A DNA stretch of 64,000 bases. Source: a virus. Numbering within the stretch: the stretch's first letter is position 1; each line of letters opens with the position of its first letter. A program made the position numbers and the translations under genes. Location of the stretch: the IMG/VR virus record IMGVR_UViG_3300008261_003175; one strand, given 5' to 3'. Of this stretch, positions 36,223 to 44,895 are shown in pieces. Under the pieces are notes generated by a model. The model was not told the origin of the DNA, did no database searches, and saw only the letters and a program-made list of their open reading frames with translations.

Positions 36223-37110
36223 TTAATTAAATATATTAATACTTTCGATTACTATTTCTTCTAAATTTCTATTAATTATGATGTCTCCTATAAGTAATTC
36301 CTCAGACGTTATATTACTCCATTCGTTGTTTCTTTTTATTACGTGTTTATGAGAATCAGAACATCTAATCAATCCATTGTTAAGTAAATAAAGTTTGTCT
36401 ACTTCATGGAAACTTTTAGATGTTATTATAGATTCTTCGTATTGCATTGTTTCAGGATCTATAGAAAGTAGACTATCTCCAATATTTACGTCTTTTAAAA
36501 ATATATTTTTTCCATCATATAGTTCTATTAAAGTATCGGGTGTTAAACAATTTTTCTGCAAACTTCCATTCTTAAATGAATACTCTCCGTATGGAAATCT
36601 ATTTGTAGCTGATCTGCCCGTTGCATCTGTTGCTGTCATTACAGCTTGCCAATAAAAAGTTCCATCAGATGTATTAAATAGTGTTTGTACAGAAAATGAT
36701 ATCGGATTATTTGCTTGCCAACCAAAAAACGACGGCTGGTACGTCATTGCGCCTTGAGTACTTATACCTAAAGTGTTGTTATATGTAAGTCTTCCATTTT
36801 GGAATTGTAATTTTACCATCGGATATGCTTGAGTACCCGCGCACCTAGCACCGCCATCTGCGAACTCAAAATAATTTTCGTTTGTATTAGACGATACTAT
36901 TATTTGTATGGGTAAACTTGGCACGTAACTACTTTGATAAAATATTTTAGGTTTTACAGTACCGCCAAAATTTTCAATAGTTCTAGAAGAATAGCTAGTT
37001 CCAATCGGACATTCGATCGTGTCAGGATTTTTAACGTAGTTGTGAGTTAATACTCCATTGGCTATATATCTTTGCGTTGTCGTAGATATATTTATTACTT
37101 TATATTTCAT
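36223..37110 (-). CDS. Circularly permuted intein/Hint protein: IntC (aa 1-24), cargo (25-187), IntN (188-295)
   Basis: N-terminus KVINIST...YIANGVLTHN matches intein blocks F/G. C-terminus CLTPDTLI...GK....KDV.IGD matches block A, CSDSH block B, then L.IGD.I. Confidence 0.85.
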   Translation of the reverse strand: MKYKVINISTTTQRYIANGVLTHNYVKNPDTIECPIGTSYSSRTIENFGGTVKPKIFYQSSYVPSLPIQIIVSSNTNENYFEFADGGARCAGTQAYPMVKLQFQNGRLTYNNTLGISTQGAMTYQPSFFGWQANNPISFSVQTLFNTSDGTFYWQAVMTATDATGRSATNRFPYGEYSFKNGSLQKNCLTPDTLIELYDGKNIFLKDVNIGDSLLSIDPETMQYEESIITSKSFHEVDKLYLLNNGLIRCSDSHKHVIKRNNEWSNITSEELLIGDIIINRNLEEIVIESINIFN

Positions 37111-37128
37111 TTTTTGTAATAATTTTTT

Positions 37129-40100
37129 TTATATTCCGTAAGGCTCTCCAAAAGTGATATAGTAAGAATTTCCTGGATAATTTCCTCCTGATCCGCCACC
37201 TGTTCCATCTGCATTAAATATATAACTTTGAGAAGCCGCAATAGTTCCATTTCTTTTAATTAACATGGTAAATGATCCGCTTTCTGCATCATTAGACGCT
37301 GTCAAATTCAAATCAAATCTTAAATTAATAACATAATTACCAGCATTTCTAACTAAATAATTTGTATAATCTAAAGAACCTGTATCCCCAGCTGAGTGAG
37401 CGCCTGATTGATCAATTACTTCTACATCAAATAGATTGTATATTGAACCAGTCATACCAGATCCAGAAGGAATAAGAGGGTATCTCAGATTTGTAGATCC
37501 AGAAACATAATTATCAGGAAACGGATTATTTCTTGCTAATACGTATGAATTGCTTGTTCCTAAATAAGAAAAATAAACTCTTTTATCGTTTGCCGCATTA
37601 AAATAAAGCATTGGAGTGTAACTATATCCGCTTTCATAAATGGTGTGAACTGCATTGATAGACGGCTGTTCGTTATCGAAAAAGTTGTTTTTACTATCGA
37701 ATTGTTTTACAGTTAAAGTTTTACCTGCTTTAAAAGTGTTTTGAACTTCGAACCAATTGTTGTTTGATTGATTCAATTCATTAATTCCGCTGACTCTATC
37801 AACCAAGTAAACCATTGTAACATCAGTATACCCAGGAAAAAATATATTAGATTTTATTTGAGAAAATAGACCCAACTTCTGAGTTCTAAGATCTATAACT
37901 GGGAATTTTCCGTACGATTTATCTCCCGCATATCCAAAAGACGCTGTTGTGTATATATTATATTGTCTACCTTCTAATTTAGATCCAAAATATCTCGGTA
38001 TAGTGCTTCTTTGAGAAAAATAATTAAAATCCTGTAATTGCGCGTAAGGATTATTTTTGTTAGTGTATGTATTGAAATTATCTGATACCGAATTATCTAT
38101 TGATTGGGTTATTAATCCAAAATTAACTGGTACAATCGAATTATACGAATAATCTAAATCTAAATATTTTGTAGATCTAACAGAAGCTGTTACGTTATTT
38201 ATAAGAGTATCTAAATAAACGACACTAGATGTCAGAGCATTGCTTGATTTTTCCGTTTGGTTTCCTAAACTAGTCAAACTAGTTGCAACAACTTGTGTGC
38301 CCATATATTCTCCCGTAAATTTCTCGACTCCAAAAGATTGAGTTACTGATATGTAACCTATCGAAGACGGTACATCTTGGTAAACGGTAGTGTCAGCAGA
38401 ATAACTTGTGGCCGCGAAAGCTGAAATTGTTCCTATATCTATAGATTCAGAATAGTTAGCAAACGCAATTTCAGGCTCGTGACGAGCATACTTACTTCTC
38501 TCTAATATATGTGGCTTTATAACAATTCCAGTAGAAACGTTAGATCTTGCTGGCACAAAATCTTTTACCATTTTGAATAAAGAATTATTATAATACTTTA
38601 TTAATCTGATGTATTCCCATATAGAATGGGAGTAGTTATAAGTGCTAAAATAATTATTTCTATAATTGTCTAAACTGTTATACGATGCTGAATAAAGATT
38701 TTTTGGATCTCCTATATATTGATCAATGTTAAAAACGTTTGCTAATGAAGACGATAGGTTGCTATTAATTTTGTCTGAAGGAGAAAATCCTATTTCTAAG
38801 TTATAACTGCTTAATCTATTTAAATCGTTGTATTTTTGTATAGTTGTATACGGACTTAAAATAGATTCAGATAGATATAGAGCTGAGCTTTGACTAACTA
38901 TCGATATTTTATCATTATTTATAGAATCTATGCCTGAAACAGAATTTCTATTGTATCCTCCAAATTCATTTACAGTTAATATGCTATTGGGTATTCCATA
39001 ACATGCTATTAGAGCTTTTATGCCCCTTTGTGTGCCTCTAGTTTTTAATAAGTAGGGTAAATTATGATATATGCGTTTGTATACCTCTTTTTGCACTTGA
39101 TCGTAAGGAAGTATATAAGGTCTTCCTGATCCCGAAATGCTCGAAGTCACATACGTAGTAATCTTTTCAGAACCTGTAGGAGGCAACAGGGAATTTTGAT
39201 TATTTGTGCCGAATAAAGAATAGTATACGTCGTTAGATAGATTTGTATTGGTGTATAATTCTATACCAAATCCCTTTAAAGCATCGGATACAAGATCTAA
39301 AGATATTCCTTCGTAAGGATTATTTGAAGCATTGTATCTATTTGTGATGTCTTTATAATATATCCATATATTATCGAAATATTGACCAATCATGTCAATA
39401 AACGTTATATATGATTCATTGCTATTATCGTCTCTTAGATATTGAGGTATAGACAATCTTAGTATGTCTTTATTAGTGCTATCGTAAAAAGATGCAGAGA
39501 ATAAAACAGATGCTGTAGTTGCATTAGGCGTAGTTGTCGGCGATCCTAACCAAGAAATAGCTTTAGAAGACGTAACAGAGTGTAGAGAGTAGGGTTTTGT
39601 GCTAGTAGATTTAGGCCAAGCAAAAGATTCAGATTCGTAGTATAAATAATATTCGTACGGATCAAATTTTTCTATTACGTTAGAAATATACGTATTTAGT
39701 AAATTTACAGACGAAGTCACTGTTGCTTGATTAGCTGTTCCAACAACAAGACTTTGAGAATATATTTGCTTGTTATAATCTTCTATTAATCCAAGTTTAT
39801 ATACAAAATTATTTACTCTCTCCTCAGCGCTTGAAAAGTGAATAAAATTATCAAAACTTGAATAATCTACATTTATTGATAGTGCTTTATCTTCGTAGTA
39901 AGACATTAGTTGTCTAATTGACGAAGTTAAATTTGAAGAAAATAATGTATTGTACGAATAATATTGAGTAGTTTGTCCAATTGATTGTTTATCTTTCACA
40001 TTATAGTTTGGGCCTCTTAATTTAAAAGAGGTATCAACTGCTACTGATTCTACCTGTATATCAACTTTGTAACTAACAGAATTTCCTAATTTTTCAACAA

Positions 40101-40719
40101 TTGATAATTGACTTTTTAATTCAATATCAATAGGAAGAGGTTCATATAATTTTATTAGAAGATAACTATTACCATCGGACTCTGTTATTACAATGGCATT
40201 GACTGCTATGATTAAATTATTTCTACCAAAATTCAAATAAAAATCAGGATAGTAGTTTTTTTGGCTTATATAATTTTCAAATTCATCGAAACCTGCTACG
40301 ATAGATGTACTAGAAAGATCTTGAGATGCTAATTTTAATTCTAATCTAGAATTAGAAATTTCTTTAATAAAATATTGAAAAGTGACCGAATCTGATCCAA
40401 ATAGATTTTTTAAAAAATTATATTGTATATTGATAACACCTCTATTATATCCCATCGATTTTACATCTGCCTCAGGATCAATCAATACTCTACTGTATCT
40501 ATTTCCTACAATATTCGATGTTGGATCTAGTGAATATGGAGCGTTATATCTATAATCTAATAAAAAATTAGAATCGTCCGTGATGAAATACTCTACTGTG
40601 TCAACTCCGTCTTCAAATGTATTATTGATATTGTTATTAGTGATTAATTGTAAATCTCTAGTACTGTATCTCTGAATCTCAGATCCGAATCCGGTGTATG
40701 ATATGTTAACAATTTCCAT
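37129..40719 (-). CDS. Large baseplate wedge/structural protein
   Basis: LPYLLKTRGT.RGI.ALI and VP.R....G motifs typical of gp7/gpI-like wedge proteins. Confidence 0.65.
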   Translation of the reverse strand: MEIVNISYTGFGSEIQRYSTRDLQLITNNNINNTFEDGVDTVEYFITDDSNFLLDYRYNAPYSLDPTSNIVGNRYSRVLIDPEADVKSMGYNRGVINIQYNFLKNLFGSDSVTFQYFIKEISNSRLELKLASQDLSSTSIVAGFDEFENYISQKNYYPDFYLNFGRNNLIIAVNAIVITESDGNSYLLIKLYEPLPIDIELKSQLSIVEKLGNSVSYKVDIQVESVAVDTSFKLRGPNYNVKDKQSIGQTTQYYSYNTLFSSNLTSSIRQLMSYYEDKALSINVDYSSFDNFIHFSSAEERVNNFVYKLGLIEDYNKQIYSQSLVVGTANQATVTSSVNLLNTYISNVIEKFDPYEYYLYYESESFAWPKSTSTKPYSLHSVTSSKAISWLGSPTTTPNATTASVLFSASFYDSTNKDILRLSIPQYLRDDNSNESYITFIDMIGQYFDNIWIYYKDITNRYNASNNPYEGISLDLVSDALKGFGIELYTNTNLSNDVYYSLFGTNNQNSLLPPTGSEKITTYVTSSISGSGRPYILPYDQVQKEVYKRIYHNLPYLLKTRGTQRGIKALIACYGIPNSILTVNEFGGYNRNSVSGIDSINNDKISIVSQSSALYLSESILSPYTTIQKYNDLNRLSSYNLEIGFSPSDKINSNLSSSLANVFNIDQYIGDPKNLYSASYNSLDNYRNNYFSTYNYSHSIWEYIRLIKYYNNSLFKMVKDFVPARSNVSTGIVIKPHILERSKYARHEPEIAFANYSESIDIGTISAFAATSYSADTTVYQDVPSSIGYISVTQSFGVEKFTGEYMGTQVVATSLTSLGNQTEKSSNALTSSVVYLDTLINNVTASVRSTKYLDLDYSYNSIVPVNFGLITQSIDNSVSDNFNTYTNKNNPYAQLQDFNYFSQRSTIPRYFGSKLEGRQYNIYTTASFGYAGDKSYGKFPVIDLRTQKLGLFSQIKSNIFFPGYTDVTMVYLVDRVSGINELNQSNNNWFEVQNTFKAGKTLTVKQFDSKNNFFDNEQPSINAVHTIYESGYSYTPMLYFNAANDKRVYFSYLGTSNSYVLARNNPFPDNYVSGSTNLRYPLIPSGSGMTGSIYNLFDVEVIDQSGAHSAGDTGSLDYTNYLVRNAGNYVINLRFDLNLTASNDAESGSFTMLIKRNGTIAASQSYIFNADGTGGGSGGNYPGNSYYITFGEPYGI

Positions 40720-40721
40720 TA

Positions 40722-41057
40722 TTATTGTAGCTGACTAATGTTTAAATATGTTTGAGATAGATCAACAATTTGTTGTCTAAGCGAGTTTATCTCTTCAATT
40801 AAAGCGGCTTTTTCTTGATCTATTACTAATGATCCTATATATTGTTGACTTCTTTCAATTAAGCTTTCATGAGAGTTTTCTCCTGATATTGGAATATCAT
40901 AAAATAATGTTTCATACAATGAAAAAAAATCAGATACAGTAGGAGTAGTATCAGGAATATCAGTAGGTTGTGTAAATAACTCCCTAAATTCCGTATCAAC
41001 TACATTTTCGTAAGTATTTACGCCTTTTATATTTTTAATAATATCTACTTTTATCAT
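40722..41057 (-). CDS. Hypothetical structural-module protein
   Basis: Coupled ORF with C-terminal coiled coil. Confidence 0.6.
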   Translation of the reverse strand: MIKVDIIKNIKGVNTYENVVDTEFRELFTQPTDIPDTTPTVSDFFSLYETLFYDIPISGENSHESLIERSQQYIGSLVIDQEKAALIEEINSLRQQIVDLSQTYLNISQLQ

Positions 41058-42127
41058 TATCTTATAATTTTAAAAATACAATTACCATCGCTTACAACAG
41101 TTTCTCCAGAATTTAATATACTTTTTATTAGTATCTTATAATATCTTTCAGGTTCTAAACCGTTGATATACAGATTAAAATAACTTCCGTTAGTATCGCA
41201 GCTTACTTTTGTGTATGAATTATCAAAATCGATAATCATATCTTCTGTTTTTACGTCTTGTATCCCCCAATAAGAGCTACTAGGTAACGCTTTATTTACT
41301 GTGTATATAGACGCTGTGGAGAAAGTTCTAACGGGATATTTATCTCTTGCGGTTATTCTAAAAACGTATTTTTCCGATTTGTTTTTTATGTAATACGGAT
41401 TATTAGATACATTCAAAACAGTATTGGAACTATTAATAACCTGCAAACTTCCAGTATCGTACACTGAATCATCCCATCGCATTTCTAAGCAAGGAGGAAA
41501 TATAGTTCTAGTGTCTATACTAAAGAAACTTAAAGCTATATATGAATCGCTATTGTTTTCTACACTTGAAGTATGCTTTATTAATATTCCGTAGTTATTT
41601 TGTCCATTAACCCAATTAGAAAATATACTTGTGACGTTTACTTCTACATCTTTATTATCATTATAAGAAAAACTTTGAGTGGTAGGAGACGTTGTCCAAG
41701 AACCTCCACCAGGCGTTATATAGTAAGAAGTGTTTGTCCAATTATTTGAAGACCCAGAATAAGACGCTGTGCTATACCAAGAAACTCCGTTAAAGATAGA
41801 TGGATTATCTAAGTACTTACCAGTACCCATAATCCAAGAATTGTTTATCTGGTGAAAATTTAAAGTATATGGCGACGTTAAATTCTCAGCATTAGATAGA
41901 TATAGTTTTAAATATACATTGTAAGCATTTGAACTTCTTAATGTATTAATTTTCTGAATGTCAGAATCGCTAAATTTTATTAGAGATCTTCTAATATCAT
42001 CTGACCCAGCCGCTACTAGTGAATTTTTTACAGATACTTCTAAAATTTCATCTAATCCAGTATTTTTAGTTGGATATGCAGAATATATAGTAGAGTCTGC
42101 CTCAGGAAATATTTTATATACTGACAT
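41057..42127 (-). CDS. Structural protein with DNRLRE/CBM96-like N-terminal domain
   Basis: ADSTIY, N.GLDEILE, RSLIKF, NYGILIK and P.LE.RW. Confidence 0.55.
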   Translation of the reverse strand: MSVYKIFPEADSTIYSAYPTKNTGLDEILEVSVKNSLVAAGSDDIRRSLIKFSDSDIQKINTLRSSNAYNVYLKLYLSNAENLTSPYTLNFHQINNSWIMGTGKYLDNPSIFNGVSWYSTASYSGSSNNWTNTSYYITPGGGSWTTSPTTQSFSYNDNKDVEVNVTSIFSNWVNGQNNYGILIKHTSSVENNSDSYIALSFFSIDTRTIFPPCLEMRWDDSVYDTGSLQVINSSNTVLNVSNNPYYIKNKSEKYVFRITARDKYPVRTFSTASIYTVNKALPSSSYWGIQDVKTEDMIIDFDNSYTKVSCDTNGSYFNLYINGLEPERYYKILIKSILNSGETVVSDGNCIFKIIR

Positions 42128-42145
42128 TTAAATATTTTTTTATTG

Positions 42146-43999
42146 TTAAAAAGTAACTACTCTGCCTTGAATATCTTTATCTAGATATTTAACTTCAAAA
42201 ATGCTCGGATCTAAAGAAGGATATAGTATATCATTTATTGTTGCGCCTGGTATATCGTAAGAATATTTAGAATAACCAGAAGATTCTCCATATAGATTGG
42301 TTATTTGTACATTTTGAGTAGTTTGTACGCCTTGAACTTGATCTAATAATGAATACACATTAGATAATATTATAGGTTGATTTATTTGGAAATTGTCTAT
42401 ATTAAAATAATCTTGTAAAGCAGTTATACATCTAGCAATAACGTCTTGACCTGAGAAGTTTGGTCTAATTATCACATCAAAAATACAACCGATATTGATA
42501 ATAAAAGCGCTTTTTATATTTATAGTATCCGTCATCATTCTATATTCGGATAAATATGTATCTATATTTTGAGAAAGCGCTTGAGATGGCTGAGCTAGAT
42601 TAGCATTTGAATCTAATCCAAGTACGTATAAACTAACTAGTGATTGATCTCTATTTGCTGGGCTATTTTTTGAATATTGTACGAATGTAGAATCATCTTT
42701 TGTTACGTATACTTTAGCGACTTTTCCAAATTTAGGATGCATCGATAACACTCTTGACATATAGTCTTGTTGTGTAACTGCTCTTAATTGGCTTGAATAT
42801 TGCACCATTGAGTTCATTCTCAATTCTTCTATCGTATCTCCATCTCCGCCACCTGCTGCAGGAAGAGGGTTATTTGTAACTATAGTATTTTGTTGAGAAG
42901 TATTATTTCCAGTCACTGTAAAAGAAACAGGAACCGTTAGTTGATTGGATTGCGCATTAGATGATGCTCCACCTCCAACTAAATATTGAACTGTTAGAGT
43001 TGTATTTTTTGGAGTTAATCCGTAAGTTTGCGTGGTTACAAAATTAGTAGGATCGAAAGCTGTATTTAGAAGAGTTAAACCGTTTGTCAAACCCATTCCT
43101 ACTGTACTTGGATCTGGTATTATTGCGGAATCTGCTACTGAATTTATACCTGATCCAAATTCTAATACTAGAGATTGATTAGATAAAACTCTACTAATAA
43201 ATCTACGAGGAACGCTTATCTTGTCTATTATATAAGGTACTTGATTGCTAAACTGATTTAAACTTGGGTAATTAGTCGATGTATTTTGTACGGGATTAAA
43301 TATATAATCTTGAGCCAAATAAGGAACCTCATACCAAATATTGCCATCGCTATCAGTTACTTTAACTATAGATATAATATTAGAATCATTTATAGTTATT
43401 CTAGGAAATCTGTCTGAATTACCAAAGGTGAATGTTTGAGATTTTAATTGTCCCGAGATCGCTTTAGCTGATTTCTTTAGAAGATACTTGTCAGGATTTC
43501 CAGAGCTTAAACTATAAATAGAAATATCTGTTGGATCATAAGATGAAGAAATAGTAAAATCTACTTTTTCTGGTATATAGAAATAAGCTGTAGTAGAAAC
43601 ATTAGATTGAACCTGCATTCCGGGTTGAACTACCAATGCGTAATCAAAATCTGGATAATATTGTCCGCCGACTATTTTTGAAGGAACTGTTTGAAACACA
43701 TCTAGATCTGCTATAGCTGCTGAAGTTATTTTAGGTCTATATCCTAGCATGTATGCTAGAGAATATAAATTATTTGGCTGCTTTGCGTATTGTAAAAAAG
43801 TTTCTTGTAATTGATTGTCTAAATAATAAGACAATACGTCGCCAACGTATGCAGCCATTTCTATAAACATAGATCCTGGTGAAGCTTGGCTGAAATCATT
43901 ATATACAGTAGGAAAATAAGATTTAGCGTACTCTATCAAATCTGACTTGAAAGTAGAAAAATCTTTATTTAAATAATTTATTTGTTTATTATTTGCCAT
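42146..43999 (-). CDS. Baseplate wedge protein (T4 gp6-like)
   Basis: KDF...K.DL, AYVGDVLSYY, LA..LGY.P, GG.DGDTIEE and RAVT..DY. Confidence 0.88.
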   Translation of the reverse strand: MANNKQINYLNKDFSTFKSDLIEYAKSYFPTVYNDFSQASPGSMFIEMAAYVGDVLSYYLDNQLQETFLQYAKQPNNLYSLAYMLGYRPKITSAAIADLDVFQTVPSKIVGGQYYPDFDYALVVQPGMQVQSNVSTTAYFYIPEKVDFTISSSYDPTDISIYSLSSGNPDKYLLKKSAKAISGQLKSQTFTFGNSDRFPRITINDSNIISIVKVTDSDGNIWYEVPYLAQDYIFNPVQNTSTNYPSLNQFSNQVPYIIDKISVPRRFISRVLSNQSLVLEFGSGINSVADSAIIPDPSTVGMGLTNGLTLLNTAFDPTNFVTTQTYGLTPKNTTLTVQYLVGGGASSNAQSNQLTVPVSFTVTGNNTSQQNTIVTNNPLPAAGGGDGDTIEELRMNSMVQYSSQLRAVTQQDYMSRVLSMHPKFGKVAKVYVTKDDSTFVQYSKNSPANRDQSLVSLYVLGLDSNANLAQPSQALSQNIDTYLSEYRMMTDTINIKSAFIINIGCIFDVIIRPNFSGQDVIARCITALQDYFNIDNFQINQPIILSNVYSLLDQVQGVQTTQNVQITNLYGESSGYSKYSYDIPGATINDILYPSLDPSIFEVKYLDKDIQGRVVTF

Positions 44000-44415
44000 T
44001 ATTGAGTATTTTGAATAGCTATAGTTACCGTATCAGAATCTCCAGTATTTAAGATAGTGTAAAAAAATTTTATATTTATTGAATTATCGTCAATATTAGA
44101 TAGTATATCTATATTTTGTACTTCAATGTTAGGAAAATTGCTTTTTACTTGACTAGCGATTCTTAATTTTATTTGATCAAAATTTTCTTGGTTTATTTGT
44201 TCGAATAGTATCAATCTCAATCCACAACCAAAATTAGGATTCTGAGGCCTTTCATACTTATCTGTTAATAAAAAATTAATCAAATTATATTTCAATTGAT
44301 CTTTTGTATTATAGACAGTACTAAAAGCAGATGGTGATTCAAAAGGAATACTTACGCCAACCCCAGTTGAAGTTCGTAGATCGAGTGGAGAAATATTTTT
44401 TATTCCGTAAGCCAT
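43999..44415 (-). CDS. Baseplate gp25-like protein
   Basis: K.NL.N.LLT...ER..NP.FG..L...LFE. Confidence 0.85.
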   Translation of the reverse strand: MAYGIKNISPLDLRTSTGVGVSIPFESPSAFSTVYNTKDQLKYNLINFLLTDKYERPQNPNFGCGLRLILFEQINQENFDQIKLRIASQVKSNFPNIEVQNIDILSNIDDNSINIKFFYTILNTGDSDTVTIAIQNTQ

Positions 44416-44873
44416 TATATTGCGCCTTTTGATATTAAGTTTTTCATTAATCCTGAATAATCAGGCACCTCGTTTATTTGTACCATAGATATATCAGAGC
44501 TTGGTCTAGCTGTCGCTAACATGCTATTTACATCTCCAATATTAGCTTCTTTTGGTTGAAAAAAATCTATTGGATTTATGTTATCTGTAGTATATGATAA
44601 TGTATCATAATCTTCTCCTTGCATAGACATTGCTGTTTCATTTAATATTGAATTTAAAGGAGAAGAATTTGTAAATTGCAAATTAGATTGTTTTTTGTAT
44701 GTTTCTGCTGTATTTAATGTCATTGGGAATTGAGATTTTTTCATCTCTTTTATAACATTACTTACTCCGGTACTAGACTGTTTATTTTCATGTAGTATCT
44801 TTGGCAGCTCTTCTCTTAGAGCCGCTTTAACTTCCTCTCTAATTAATTTTCTAAGTAAATCTATTTTTGCCAT
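44415..44873 (-). CDS. Hypothetical late protein (LRKLIREEVK...LREE leader)
   Basis: AATATTTATA upstream on the - strand. Confidence 0.65.
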   Translation of the reverse strand: MAKIDLLRKLIREEVKAALREELPKILHENKQSSTGVSNVIKEMKKSQFPMTLNTAETYKKQSNLQFTNSSPLNSILNETAMSMQGEDYDTLSYTTDNINPIDFFQPKEANIGDVNSMLATARPSSDISMVQINEVPDYSGLMKNLISKGAI

Positions 44874-44895
44874 ATATTATAAATATTATTTTTAA

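Noticed and set aside
37111-37131. Programmed readthrough fusing the wedge protein to the Hint ORF
   Set aside because: In frame, but the stop is TAA, no suppressor tRNA is seen in the window, and the Hint ORF has its own A-rich start.
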